From positions 16,740,001 to 16,804,000 of the forward strand of contig NW_027361899.1 in assembly GCF_039654945.1 (NCBI RefSeq): a stretch of DNA of 64,000 nt. Direction: 5' to 3'. The translations under genes and the position numbers were made by a program. Position 1 is the first letter of the stretch. Each line of letters starts with the position of its first letter. This DNA is from Dendrobates tinctorius. Lineage: Eukaryota. The notes beneath the pieces were generated by a model. The model saw nothing but the letters and a program-made list of their open reading frames with translations, did no database searches and was not told where the DNA came from. Shown piece by piece: positions 1-14,667 of the stretch.

Positions 1-1110
1 AACCTCCCTCATAACAGGTCAGTATTATTACCACAGAGCCAATGATACATACGTGAGCTGGTCATATAAACGGTATAGTGTTGGGAAAGACTCTGGCACA
101 TAGAGAAGAGAAGCCGCTTTACAGGAAAGGCCAACTGTGCTCAAAACCTGCAGCTTCATAAGCAAGCGGGATAGAGAGAAAGGTGTTGAAAAAAAGAAAG
201 CAATGCAAAAAGCTGGCAATGGCACAATAGCATACTGCAAGATTAAAAAAAGTAGTTTAGGAAAGCTTCTGTCTGCTGATCCCGGCTGATACGGATGTTG
301 GGAGCCCCTGTGATCGCTCCTTCATCAGTGGAGCTACCTATGAACAGTACCTGGCGGCACATTACCAACTGCAGGGAAGGTTTTGGGGATTTCTCTACCA
401 TTGTAATAGAAAAGTAACAAAAATAAAAGCACGGGAGAGCAGATCTCAGGATAACGAGGTAATTAAAACGGAGTTTAAAAAAACCCAAGAACCTGGCAGC
501 CGGCGAGATGCTAAAGAGAGGGAGAAATAGATTTGTTCCCATCATCCATGCCTGGGGGAGCGGCGTTATGAGGATAAATGTCTCCCGCTGTCAGGGACAT
601 TTGGCCATCATTAATTACCAGTAATAAACACAGCTGTCTAATAAAGCCGTCTCGCTGGGCACCTGACGTCGGCGTCACGGGGCTGATGATCGTTTATGTG
701 GAAACTTTGTAGATGTTTTAGATCATCATTCTAACTAATAAAAGAGCATTTTCCTTAAAATACTGTATCAGAATGCCCCTTATATACATCAGGTCTACTG
801 TCGGGGAAGATGAATGACGACAAATATGTCGTAGGTGGCACTTAGTGAGAATCCAGTAACTTTAGAGGTCTTGCCATTTATCATAATCCCACAGCCCATC
901 ACAGTGCAATGGCCCCCACAACTCTCCACTCATCATGATGGTCCCCACAGCGCACCACTCAGCATAAGAATGAGGACCCCCACAGTACCCAACTCAGTAT
1001 AGGGTCCTTCACTGCCCCACACACTGTATTATGGTTCCCACAGCCCCCCGTTCAGTAAGATCTGCCTCCATCAGCCAATCATTCAATATGACCAGACTGC
1101 CATCAACTCC

Positions 1111-1865
1111 CCATTCAGTATGACTGGCCCACACCAGCTCTCCATTCAGTATGACTGGCCCACACCAGCTCCTCATTCAGTATGACTGGCCCACACCAGC
1201 TCCTCATTCAGTATGACTGGCCCACACCAGCCCCTCATTCAGTATGACTGGCCCACACCAGCCCCTCATTCAGTATGACTGGCCCACACCAGCCCCTCAT
1301 TCAGTATGACTGGCCCACACCAGCCCCTCATTCAGTATGACTGGCCCACACTAGCCCCTCAGTCAGTATGACTGGCCCACACCAGCCCCTCATTCAGTAT
1401 GACTAGCCCACACCAGCCCCTCATTCAGTATGACTGGCCCACACCAGCCCCTCATTCAGTATGACAGGCCCACCCCAGCCACTCATTCAGTATGACTGGC
1501 CCACACCAGCTCTCCATTCAGTATGACTGGCCCACACCAGCCCCTCATTCAGTATGACTGGCCCACACCAGCCCCTCATTCAGTATGACTGGCCCACACC
1601 AGCCCCTCATTCAGTATGATTGGCCCACACCAGCCCCTCATTCAGTATGACTGGCCCACACCAGCTCTCCATTCACTATAACTGGCCCACACCAGCTCTC
1701 CATTCACTATGACTGGCCCACACCAGCTCTCCATTCACTATGACTGGACCACACCAGCTCTCCATTAAGTATGACTGGCCCACCCCAGCCCCTCATTCAG
1801 TATGACTGGCCCACAACAGCTCTCCATTCAGTGCGACTAGCCCCATCAGTCCCCTATTCAGTAAA
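1111..1865. repeat. 31-bp minisatellite (cattcagtatgactggcccacaccagcccct)
   Basis: About 24 tandem units. Confidence 0.95.
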
Positions 1866-3327
1866 ATTGGCCCCCACAATTATTGACATTTAAGAAAATA
1901 ATACTCACCTCGCCCAGATCCTCCGACATGCTTCTCTGGTCTGTACAATTTGCGTACTATGGCTCCAGCACTGCAGGCGCGATGTAGGCCATTGGCTCCC
2001 TGATTCACCATTGTACTCAACGGAATCGGCGTCCTGAGGTTGCGTAACCTGCTGAAATCGCAATGACATGGAGAGGAGAGGGGGTCCAGCGCAGAGCAGA
2101 CCCGGCCACCCCCCCATGATTCATGGGCCCTATAGTGTCTGCATGGTCTGCTGCTATAGACGGAGATTACAGACCCAGGCTTTCAATGTTGATTGCATGT
2201 TTAATGCCTTAGAGGCTTCCGTAAATGGGAGCTGTAGCACCTAAGGGGTTTTACACTTACAGAGCTCCCTTGATAACCCATTGGTGATGACCACTATGCA
2301 ATGGCATGCTATTAATGGGATGCCATTGCAGTTGGTGTCCGGCTGTGCCAGTTGTTAGGGCTGTTCCTAAACCTGGAGCCGAGAGACCAACTTTCCATGT
2401 TCGGTGACACTAAAAAAAATATTTAAAAGGAAAAAAGTGATGTACCTTGGCAAAAAGTCTTCATCACAAAGATGTCTCAAAAAAAAAAAAAAAAAAATCT
2501 AAAAAAAAGAAAAATAAAATTGCTTCCCAGTTATTCCCTACATCTTTCTTACTTGGTGACAGCATATCGAGAAGGGACAGATTGAATAGAGTACGACAGG
2601 ATCAGACTACGCAGAGAACGCTTGTAGTCTGTAACCATGGAGACGTATAAATCTGCAGAGGAGCTGAAAACACAAAACTAGAACAGATTTTGAGTCAAGA
2701 ATACTTGCAAAATTTCCTTTTCTTCATTTTAGATACAGCAGTGGAATGAAAACAAATTGGTTTTGGAAGGTCGAAATAGATAGACACGTTCTACCCACCA
2801 GACGTAAACCTCGCCCCACAATCCACCACCCTCTGCAGAATGCCTGTATCTGTATGTACCAGGAGCCGACGCTTTCCTCCCCGGTCCAGCTCTCAGCTAA
2901 AGGCTTATTATATAACGATTTTCACAAAACAGAAATGGTAACTGACTTTTTTTTGTTCAGCAGCTCTATTTACAGAGAAAACAAGAAAATGGCGACAAAT
3001 CCTTTTACTCCGGACACGTCATTTACTGACGGAAAAAGAAAACAGCAAAATCGGAACATGAAAAGACTCATTTTGTAACAAAGGCGAAATTGCAGAATAG
3101 CTCGATGTGGAGGGGGCAGACTTCTCCGATAATAAATGTTCCATTTTACAGCAGATCCCAACATAAAAGAATAGAACGAGTCAGCAACGTAGAGGAGGAA
3201 TGGAAATGTTGGCATTTAAAGTTCCTTGTTGAAAAAACTGACAGATCAGCTACAGAAATGAGCACAATAGTAGAAAAGTTATACTTTATGTAAATGAAGT
3301 GTTTAAATGCATAATGTACTAATAAAT

Positions 3328-6300
3328 TACTACTATAATACTGCCCCATGTACAAGAATATAACTACTATAATACTGCCCCCTATGTACAAGAATATAAC
3401 TACTATAATACTGCCCCTATATACAAGAATATAACTACTATAATACTGCCTCTATGTACAAGAATATAACTACTATAATACTGCCCCTATGTACAAGAAT
3501 ATAACTACTATAATACTGCCTCCTATGTACAAGAATATAACTACTATAATACTGCCCCTATATACAAGAATATAACTACTATAATACTGCTCCTATGTAC
3601 AAGAATACAACTACTATAATACTGTCCCCTATGTACAAGAATATAACTACTATAATACTGTCCCCTATGTACAAGAATATAACTACTATAATACTGCCCC
3701 TATGTACAAGAATATAAGTACTATAATACTGCTCCTATATACAAGAATATAACTACTATAATACTGCTCCTATATACAAGAATATAACTACTATAATACT
3801 GCTCCTAAATACAAGAATATAACTGCTATAATACTGCCCCTATATACAAGAATATAACTACTATAATACTGTCCCCTATGTACAAGAATATAACTACTAT
3901 AATACTGCCCCTATGTACAAGAATATAACTACAAGTTTTGTAGCCAAATCATAACTTGGAGAGAGGGATGATGGACTTCTCCAGACCGCCCATTTTGTGA
4001 TGTCACAGACCCTAGGCTATTAGGTACTCCCTACCATATCCCAGTCAGTTCAGCTGGAGTCCTCCTGCCAGAGAGACGTGCCGATGAGTGGGGACATTTG
4101 GTTAAGCGCCTCTCCCCCAGTCACATGGTCTGCCTAATACCAACTACGCGCATGTGTTACTTTCTGTTCTTTCATCCACTTTGTTTTATATTTGTATTTG
4201 TACATATGTAATGTCTCAACTTTATAGCAACTTTTATCTATGTAATCACTGCCCGCATTCTCTAGGAAACTAACTATGCGCCTTTTTAAGATAATCGCTA
4301 CTAATTTGGGGTTTGTCACGGACCTTCTTAATTAACACTTTGATTAAGTAAAGCGTGGCTGGTGGCAGCATGGTGTGCGCGGCTGGCGAGGCTAGCTGGC
4401 AGTACAGAAGGTTCTTATATTGCTGAGTGAGTGGTTGAGGCCACAGCATTGATAATTCCCATACTGCAGTAGTCTAATTGCCCGTGCACAACAAGCAGCC
4501 CGTCCGGCGACTAATTATCCTAGGTGCAGTTCCCTGACTGACCTGAGGGTAAGGGGGGCGCCGGAGAGCTGCGAGTTCCAAAGTGGAACTGAGAAAGTGG
4601 GATATACATAAATCCTCGCAGTACTTGGAAGGTTGTTAGCAGTGGTGGGGCAGCCAAAATACCCCCCCTGCGATAAACTGTTAGAGCAAGATTAGCTTGC
4701 TGTGTTTTTGTCACATGGTGCCAGTGGTGGGATAACTAAGATAAGCCCCCATTGTGCCTGTAATAGCCGTGTGCCGGCAGTGCGTCACGTCCCTCCGTCC
4801 GCTGACAAACCCGTGTCGGTGGTGGGATCGTCACTTATTGGTGGCACAGTGTACGCTGTCCGTCACAATTTAGCGACAGCGGTCCACCGTTCCTTCACAC
4901 CGCATGTACAAGAATATAACTACTATAATACTGCCCCCTATATACAAGAATATAACTACTATAATAATGCTGCTTCTATGTACAAGAATATAACTACTAT
5001 AATACTGCCCCCATGTACAAGAATATAACACTGTAATACTGCTCCTATGTACAAGAATATAACTACTATAATACTGCCCCCTATGTACAAGAATATAACT
5101 ACTATAATACTGCCCCTATGTACAAGAGTATAACTACTATAATACTGCCCCTATGTACAAGAGTATAACTACTATAATACTGCTCCTATGTACAAGAATA
5201 TAACTACTATAATACTGCCTCCTATGTACAAGAATATAACTACTATAATACTGCACCCTATGAACAAGAATATAACTACTATAATACTGCCCCTATGTAC
5301 AAGAATATAACTACTATAATACTGCACCCTATGAACAAGAATATAACTACTATAATACTGCCCCTATGTACGGGAATATAACTACTATAATACTGCCCCT
5401 ATGTACAAGAATATAACTACTATAATACTGCCCCTATGTACAAGAATATAACTACTATAATACTGCCCCTATGTACAAGAATATAACTACTATAATACTG
5501 CCCCTATATACAAGAATATAACTACTATAATACTGCCCCTATGTACAAGAATATAACTACTATAATACTGCCCCTATGTACAAGAATATAACTACTATAA
5601 TACTGCCCCTATATACAAGAATATAACTACTATAATACTGCCCCTATGTACAAGAATATAACTACTATAATACTGCCCCTATGTACAAGAATATAACTAC
5701 TATAATACTGCCCCTATATACAAGAATATAACTACTATAATACTGCCCCTATATACAAGAATATAACTACTATAATACTGCCCCTATGTACAAGAATATA
5801 ACTACTATAATACTGCCCCCTATGTACAAGAATATAACTACTATAATACTGCCCCTATGTACAAGAATATAACTACTATAATACTGCCCCTATGTACGGG
5901 AATATAACTACTATAATACTGCCCCTATGTACGGGAATATAACTACTATAATACTGCCTCCTATGTACAAGAATATAACTACTATAATACTGCTCCTATG
6001 TACAAGAATATAACTACTATAATACTGCCTCCTATGTATAAGAATATAACTACTATAATACTGCCCCATGTACAAGAATATAACTACCATAATACTGCCT
6101 CCTATGTACAAGAATATAACTACTATAATACTGCCCCTATGTACAAGAATATAACTACTATAATACTGCCCCTATATACAAGAATATAACTACTATAATA
6201 CTGCCCCTATCTACAAGAATATAACTACTATAATACTGCCCCTATATACAAGAATATAACTACTATAATACTGCCCCTATGTACAAGAATATAACTACTA

Positions 6301-6970
6301 TAATACTGCCCCTATGTACAAGAATATAACTACTATAATACTGCCCCTATGTACAAGAATATAACTACTATAATACTGCCCCTATATACAAGAATATAAC
6401 TACTATAATACTGCCCCTATATACAAGAATATAACCACTATAATACTGCCCCTATGTACAAGAATATAACTACTATAATACTGCCCCTATGTACAAGAAT
6501 ATAACTACTATAATACTGCCCCTATATACAAGAATATAACTACTATAATACTGCCCCTATGTACAAGAATATAACTACTATAATACTGCTCCTATGTACA
6601 AGAATATAACTACTATAATACTGCCCCTATGTACAAGAATATAACTACTATAATACTGCCCCTATGTACGGGAATATAACTACTATAATACTGCCCCTAT
6701 GTACGGGAATATAACTACTATAATACTGCCTCCTATGTACAAGAATATAACTACTATAATACTGCTCCTATGTACAAGAATATAACTACTATAATACTGC
6801 CTCTATGTACAAGAATATAACTACCATAATACTGCCCCTATGTACAAGAATATAACTACTATAATTCTGCCCCCTATGTACAAGAATATAACTACTATAA
6901 TACTGCCCCTATGTACAAGAATATAACTACTATAATACTGCCCTTATATACAAGAATATAACTACTATAT
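3328..6970 (+). repeat. 35-bp minisatellite (tgtacaagaatataactactataatactgccccta), split by an insertion at 3933-4904
   Basis: Tandem arrays at 3328-3932 and 4905-6970. Confidence 0.97.
3933..4904. mobile_element. Unclassified interspersed repeat (LTR-like) interrupting the 35-bp minisatellite
   Basis: 4290-4775 is colinear with 8270-8765 (taggtgcagtt...ctgactgacctgagggtaagggggg...gagttccaaagtggaact). Class is uncertain. Confidence 0.5.
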
Positions 6971-8269
6971 ACCTCTGCACACATGTAGAGACTACACAGT
7001 AACATTGGATGGACTATTCCTCTCGGTCAGTAATATGTTTCTTTACCTTTCTGACCTCAGGTTGCGTTTCGTGTCCACGGATTATGGTAATTAGATTGTG
7101 TAATGGCTTCTCGTTAGCCGTCCGGCACTCGCAGTGTGCAGGTTCCTCCGCCACGTTGAGCATTATGCAGTGTTTAGCACCTCACAGAATGGAGTGCACT
7201 TAATCCAACAATGACCGCTTTCTTCCCGCTGAATTGTACGGGGAGCGCAGTGAAGGATTCGCATTCAGTGCATACTTGATCTCAAGCTCCATACTTGTGA
7301 GTGGCTTAACAATAAAAGGTGTCGAGATAAGAGACGTCTGCAGCTCCTAATGATTTCCTTCATTGCCATCATCTTCACAGACGTATTGAAAGAAGGATTA
7401 AAGCTTTTTATATTGATTTAAAAAAAAAAAATGAAATGTTTTATAAAAAGTCTCAGGAGTCCAGTGAGGAGGAGGAATCGGCAACTTTAAATTACATTTC
7501 TTACGAAGAATTAAAAAAAAAAAAATAGCCAATGAACATTCATTTCTAAGGAGTCATCTTCGGAGGAGTTTTTTGAAATTGTATTCAGTTAATTTTATTT
7601 AATATCTGCTTTTGGAAAATCATGACAACATCCAATATGGCTACTAACAGTCCCACAAGGGCTCTCATTAGCAAATCTGCTTCTTAAAGGGCTAATAAAA
7701 AAAATATCTGCTTTTCCTAGGGGACGATACTAGCTTTTCGGCTGCCTGAGTTGGGAATTGACCTAGCTATCTACCTCCCCACTAAAAAAAAAAAATCATT
7801 AGTAAGAAAGCTACACAAAATCTAAAACTGTCCTTCTATAGCTTGAGTTGAATATCGATGTGCAACAAAGCAGGTCTTGAGGGATGATGTGTGAATCAAC
7901 GAAGACCAGGCCAGCAGAGTATTGATTGATAGCAGAAATGTAACAGAGAAGTAAATGTAGTCTAGTATCTTCCAGCAAGGTAATGGTCAATAGCAGGAAA
8001 GCAATAAATTAAAGGTAAAATGGAGACTTGCTTGAAGAGTTGCGTTACCTTGATTGCATAGACCAGGTGTGAACAGGAGCGGATAGAGTTGAGAGAAGCT
8101 GGTAACTTGTTGAGAGGTTTGTGTGGACAGCACTAAGCAGCGAGCTTGGAAATAATGCTGGCTGCAGCACGGAAGTCAGAAGTAATTGAGGAAAACATAG
8201 GTTGGAATCAAGTGAAGTAGACAAAATGTCCTGACAAACTTAAGGCTACTGAAACCATGCTACTTAAAG

Positions 8270-8765
8270 TAATTACGCTACTAATTTGGGTTTGCTTCGT
8301 ACCCCTTCATTAATTTTAAATATTAATAGAGAAATCGGAAGCTGGTGGCAGCGAAGTGTGTTTTGGCTAGGTGGGTAGCGCTGGCAGTGACGGAGCGGGT
8401 TTTATAAGCTGATTGTGTGGCTGCGGCCAAAGCATTTATAATTCCCTCGCTGCAGCGTGCCTAATAGCCCGTGCACATCACGTGGCCTGTCCGGAGACTA
8501 ATTATCTTAGGTGCAGTTCTCTGACTGACCTGAGGGTAAGGGGGGGCGCCGGAGAGCTGTGAGTTCCAAAGTGGAACTAAAAAGTGGGATATACATAAAT
8601 CCATGCAATTCGTGATATAGTGTGGCAGCAGTGGATAACCAAAATAAGCCTCTGCGGTAAATTAGGATTAGGTTAGGGCAAGACTAGCTTGCTGTTTTTT
8701 CATCACAGTGTGGCAGCGGTGGGATAACTAAGATAAGCCCCCTGCACATGTGATAGCCATGTGCA
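8270..8765. repeat. Diverged second copy of the repeat at 4290-4775
   Basis: Direct similarity seen by eye. Confidence 0.7.
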
Positions 8766-9747
8766 GCCAAAGATCAAAAGACCCCTATCCCTGACGCTGT
8801 GGTCTGAACCTCAACAATTGTCAGGTTTTCACCGATCATGTGGGTGATCACTTGCGAATTTGGGACAACCCTATTCAAAAACCCATTTTGTCCAGTGGTC
8901 CACAAAAAAGAGAAACCCTTGTCTTATATAGGGGTAGTGTCTTAGAAAGCTAGGTGGCAACTATTACAGAACCGGTAATGGCCTCCGTATTTGATATTGG
9001 GATGCTTTTCTTCCAAATATCTTTGGTAGTCCCATAGAAAATAAATCAAGCAGTGGTGCACATGTGGAGCTACCATCCTAAAAGGGCGTTTTAGAGTCAT
9101 GCTCTACGGCTTTTATCCAAGCTGAATACCTAGACCACAGACACAAAGGAGTATCCGGGGAGGCGAACATTGTCTATCTGCTCCACCAGAGTTTATTCTA
9201 GGATACTAGAAGCAACCACTGGAAACTTTTAATGATTATTAGAGAAGACAAACTCTACTAACCCTTCACACTCACGTCAAGTGCAAAAAAATGTATCACC
9301 AGCGGAATAAATGGAAGAATCTGCAGGATCCAACGATTATATATTCCTGACCTGAACAAGTCAGATTCTGCACATTTCAGTGTGGGGGTGGTGGTACATT
9401 AGAAAACAGAAAAAATCCAAAAGGAGACTTCGACTTTGCAAAAGAAAAGTAAAAATCTTTGGTGAAATTGTTATGGTCTTAAAATAAAAATTACCGTAAA
9501 TCAAAATGTGCTATGACGTCAATGTAAGCGAGAAGTTCTGATCATCACAGTGAGATCTCAGCGCAGGAGCAAAATTATATAACCTTTATATCACAGTAAT
9601 CGTATCAACACATAGAATAAAAAATAAAAAAAAGAACATGAGAAAAAAAAATTAAAGAAAAAAAAGTTGGCCATCGATTTTTAGAAATTTTATACAAAAC
9701 ATTACATGTACCTTAAAATCATGAGAGTAGCAAAATGGGTTTTCAGT

Positions 9748-9780
<33 letters not shown>

Positions 9781-9785
9781 AGGAT

Positions 9786-9831
<46 letters not shown>

Positions 9832-10445
9832 CAAGCCATGCGGCTGAACGGCTGGAGAGCAGGATTGCAGAGGAAAAGTGCAGGATGCGGGTGAAGTGTG
9901 GCGCTGTGAGGGAGAGAGCGGGACACAAATGGAGAATGGGACAGTGTGGGGATAGAGCGGGATGGCGCGTGAAGAGCGGGCCTGTGGAGGGAGAGAGCGG
10001 ACCTGTGGAGGGAGAGAGCGGGCCTGTGGAGGGAGAGAGCGGGCCTGTGGAGGGAGAGAGCGGGCCTGTGGAGGGAGAGAGCGGGCCTGTGGAGGGAGAG
10101 AGCGGGCCTGTGGAGGGAGAGAGCGGGCCTGTGGAGGGAGAGAGCGGGGCAGAGGAGGGAGTGAGCGGGGCAGAGGAGGGAGTGAGCGGGGCAGAGGAGG
10201 GAGTGAGCGGGGCAGAGGAGGGAGTGAGCGGGGCAGAGGAGGGAGAGAGCGGGGCAGAGGAGGGAGAGAGCGGGGCAGAGGAGGGAGAGAGCGGGGCAGA
10301 GGAGGGAGAGAGCGGGGCAGAGGAGGGAGAGAGCGGGGCAGAGGAGGGAGAGAGCACGATTGCGGGTGGAAAGCGGGGCTGTTAAAGGAGAGAATTGGAC
10401 CCACAGTTAGTTACTCTGCCCGGCAACGCTGGGCTCTTCAGCTAG
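9748..10445 (+). mobile_element. Helitron-like element with (TA)n/(TG)n head and 21-bp GA-rich tandem array
   Basis: 3' end cacagttagttactct-GCCCGGC-aac-GCTGGGC-tcttcagCTAG|T closely matches 63641-63686; array at 9975-10355. Confidence 0.7.
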
Positions 10446-10513
10446 TAGAAAATAAAATGAAGTTTTGTCGTTCGGATGAGCTGGTCATAGGTTGGGAAAA
10501 TGTTTGAAAGAAT

Positions 10514-11028
10514 ATAGTTAGCAAGGCTGAAAAAAGACATTTGTCCATCCAGTTCAGCCTATATTTCGACAGAATAAATCCCCAGATCTACGTCCTTCTA
10601 AAGAACCTAATCACTGTAAGATACAATATTGTTGCGCACCAGGAAGACATCCAGGCCTCTCTTGAACCCCTCGACTGAGTTCGCCATCACCACCTCCTCA
10701 GGCAGGGAATTCCAGATTCTCACTGCCCTAACAGTAAAGAATCCTCTTCTATGTTGGTGGAAAAACCTTCTCTCCTCCAGACGCAGAGAATGCCCCCTTG
10801 TAACCGTCACCTTCCTTGGTATAAACAGATCCTCAGAGAGATATTTGTATTGTCCCCTTATATACTTATACATGGTTATTAGATTGCCCCTCAGTCGTCT
10901 TTTTTCTAGACTAAATAATCCTAATTTTGCTAATCTCTGGGTATTGTATTTCCCTCATCCCCTTTATTAATTTTGTTGCCCTCCTTTGTTCTCGCTCTAG
11001 TTCCTTTATATCCTTCCTGAGCACCAGT
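10514..11028 (-). mobile_element. CR1 LINE 3' fragment
   Basis: TRGHSLRLEERRF...FFTVRAVRIWNSLPEEVV is the typical CR1 ORF2 C-terminus. Confidence 0.9.
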
Positions 11029-14000
11029 TCTCATCATTAATTAACTTACCTTACTTAGTGCAGTAAATTTGTAGAATGGATCACATATTAGCAGGTCAGT
11101 CAGTCCCAAGTTCAGCCTTTAAACAAAAATTCCAGTATTTCTAGAGATTTTGGAAAAAATTACTCTACAGGTTGTAGTGCAGCGGGGTTGGTGCAGTGTA
11201 ACAGATAGGCAGGGACCACAGGAAAGTTCACAGCAAACCTGTTAAATGTCCAAAAACTCACAGTGCACAGCATACGGTATCCTCTGGATTGAAGCCGGGG
11301 GCCTCACAACAGTCCATACATGAGACTGGTTGCCGAGGGCGACTGTACCACCGTATCACACTGCGGGGTGCCAGGCATTCACTGCTCTGAGCTCTGCGTT
11401 ACCTCACAGAGGCTGGACGCTGCAGAGCCACCTGCTCTGCTACTTGTAACCAAACACCGAAACACCCAAACTCTTCCTGCTGGGTTTTTCTAAACTAGAA
11501 TCTGTGGCCATGGCCACTTGCAAGGTAGGGCCTGGAGAAAACGGACCGGTCCCACTACCTTCCTGCAGTCCGTTTAAAAAATAAAAGCCCTTACTGGGTT
11601 TTCCTGAACAATACCCAGGCCAAATAGCTTGACCAGGTCCATGCTTACTTTTATTTTGCTTTGTGACTCACAGGCATCCTACTGTGACCACAAGGCAGTC
11701 CAGCGGGTCTAATTTTTCAATTAAAAGACTTTATTCTTGGTGTCTGCGTTTTCATACAATGTGACTATGTGGTTAGTAATGGGGGTGTCTTATAGACACC
11801 TCTCCATTACTAACCTTGTGGCTTGATGTCAGCTGACAATACAAAGCTGACATCAACCCCCCCCCCCCAACTATCACCCTACTTGCCACCGGTACAGGGC
11901 AAGTGGGAAGAGCAGGGCAAAGCGCCAGAATTGGCGCATCTAATAGTTGTGCCTTTTCTGGACAGCTGTGGGTTGCTATTTTTAGGCTGGGGGGTCCGAT
12001 ATCCATGACCCAGCCTGACAATACCGGCCCCCAGCTGTCTGCTTAAGCAAGAATCGCTGTCAAAAATGGGGGGGGGGGACCCCATGCCATTTTTTTTTAA
12101 ATTTAAATAATTTCAGTAAAAAATATGGCGTGGGGACCCCTCTATTCTTGATAACCAGCCTTGCTGAAGCTGACAGCTGTGAGTTTTGCCTGGCTGGTTA
12201 ACAAAAAATAATACAGGGGAACCCACACCGTATTTTTTTTTTTTTTTTTTAATTATTTACACCGCAGGAGCGGCTGATGAATACTCCCATCCGCAGCTCC
12301 TGCTCTCACTGTTATTAGCGGTAGCAGGTGTCGGATGATGGGAGCAGTAGTCCCATCAGCTGACACCAGTGACTGGAATTAAACTTTATACCTCTGATCA
12401 CAGCTGAGCGCTCATGCTGACTTTTGACAAGCGGCTCTCTGACGGGTGAGGATGATTTTACCGCCAATCAGAAGCTATGTTTGCCGCGCTGTCATGCACA
12501 ATACAGAGCAGCAAACACTGGATGTACGGGCCCCCCATTCATGTGAATGGGGTCTGGGTTCGGGTACTGTTTTGGTACCTGAACCCAAACTTTTTTAACT
12601 GTTCAGCCGGACCCAAACATCCAGGTGTCTGCCCATCTCAAACTACAGGTCATTCTCATGTGGTATAAGGAATGTGGTGAGAATGACCTGCAGTAAGTTG
12701 GACTTTTTATGATATGGGTAAATGGGAAGTGAATATTGTGGTTAGGGAAGGTCTGGGGGTTATAACGAGTCATTGTCACGTTATATAAGCAGGCTGAGGA
12801 TAACTTAAAAGTGACTGTACGCTTGTCATAATGGCAGATGTATGAGAATGTCTCAGGGGGCGCCACGTCATTCTCAGTGCAGTTTTTCTGTGCAGCTCCA
12901 CATCAGTCATACCTCCCAAGAAAGGAACACGTCGGGGCCACGCTTGTTGTTGTGACACAGAACATATGTATCTGAAATGTAAACCAATCCGAACATTTCT
13001 CTATGCGGCCGGGTTTTAATCTTCTAGATGCCAATTGTTCATATCCCCTCAGCGCCCGTAATACAGGAACCAATAAAAAGGACTAGTTATTGTTGTTCTT
13101 TCCTCGATACAATCCGATAATATCAGACAGAAGAACACAGAAAATGACTCATATAATAAATGTCAAATCCAAACAGTAAAAACCAACTAACAAGAAAAAA
13201 AAGAAAGAAAAACAAATTGAGAAACTGCAAAACGCGTGAAGTCAACAACAGCATGATAAATCCGGGTATTATAATCACCGACCCCGTGAACGACCTACAG
13301 GCAGCGACAGACATGGTGGGGTGCTGGGGACGGAGCCGCTTGTTTTTCCCCAATCACAAGATGATATTATGGCGGCGTTAATGGACGAGATTGAATTGGT
13401 AATTGCTGCATTAATGAAATGCCGCCTGCATCTGTTTGCCTCTTATACACACATTAATAAATAACGGATTTGCCAAAGGATAAACTGAAAATTATAACGA
13501 AGGATAATTACAGATTGGGTAGCAATAGTCTGTAGCACCTGGGAAAAAGGCATCTAATAGCGGGAGATAAAAGTTGATTCTGAGACTGATTTCTATGACT
13601 CTTTAAAAAACAAAAAGTACAAAAGACAAATGTGGCAATAATGTAACAATGCAATAAAATACAGCAAAACGCCAGAAGATAATTTTTTTTATTATGCGAG
13701 TCAAACTTCACGAAGATATTTTTTTTACACTTCCAGCATTGGTACATTTTATCCAATGGTGCAGATGTCAGTCCTGCTACTACAAGTAATTCCACTAGCG
13801 ATCACTTCCAACAATACAGCCACGAGTCACCCTGAAACAAAAAATTAGACGGTGCAGAATTTTGGGAGATTTTTTTTAATATATAAAAAAAAAAAAAAAT
13901 TTCAAAACACATGGCACTCTAGCTTCTATCTGACCATGGGTTTCACTTTATGGCTTCTTCTTGGGCTTTTCCCCCAGACAAACATGCAAAGCATGAAAGT

Positions 14001-14667
14001 ATATTTTTTATTTAAAAAAAAAAAAAAAAAACCTCTTGGCAACGAATCGCCTGGTAGTGCTGCTCTACGACCAGTTGTACTTTAAGGGAAATTTGTGACA
14101 ATATTCTTGGAGGTGATCACTTCTGGAACTAACACTGGATGAAGTGAACGAGAAATCGGATTCAGGATAATGTGAATTCTGCTCTAACGATCGTAGATGC
14201 AGTAAAGTCATATCGACTGTTCTTTTTTTATTGAGCACGTTTCTCTGATCCGCATAGATTGGAGAAGCGCATGCGCTTGGACATTGATGTGCTTCCCCAT
14301 AAGAAACGAGGAAATATAGATAATCAATGTGTCAATGGATATCAGGAAAATTGTCAGCACTTATTATCGGTTTTGTGTCTCTGGTAACAAAAGACCGGGA
14401 TCGTTATAATGCACTGAACATAACGGACATCATCTCCATGTAAATAATGTAACAGGGCCCGGACTGCACAGAATTCTAAACCGGTCTGGGATCATTCTTG
14501 ATGGCTTCAGGCCGTTCGTATCCTGAGGAGCTGTCCGTCTGTCCTATCTACTGTAACAAATGCGGTAATAAAGAATGTGCGGAGTACAATCACCAATGGC
14601 GACATACATAGTGAGCTAAAATTCAAAGGAAAGTACTAAACTTGATACAGTGTCCCATATGTGCATC

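Noticed and set aside
1111-6970. CRISPR-like regular 31-35 bp repeats
   Set aside because: The units are contiguous with no unique spacers, there are no cas genes, and the DNA is eukaryotic.
7040-7140. Possible galnt14 exon 2 end (minus strand DTKRNLR next to a GT donor, resembling PDTRHLR)
   Set aside because: There are in-frame stops immediately upstream and no YAFNQRES-like motif.
9652-10507. Collagen-like, RG-rich and proline-rich ORFs
   Set aside because: They come from a 21-bp tandem repeat inside a Helitron-like element, with no splice context.
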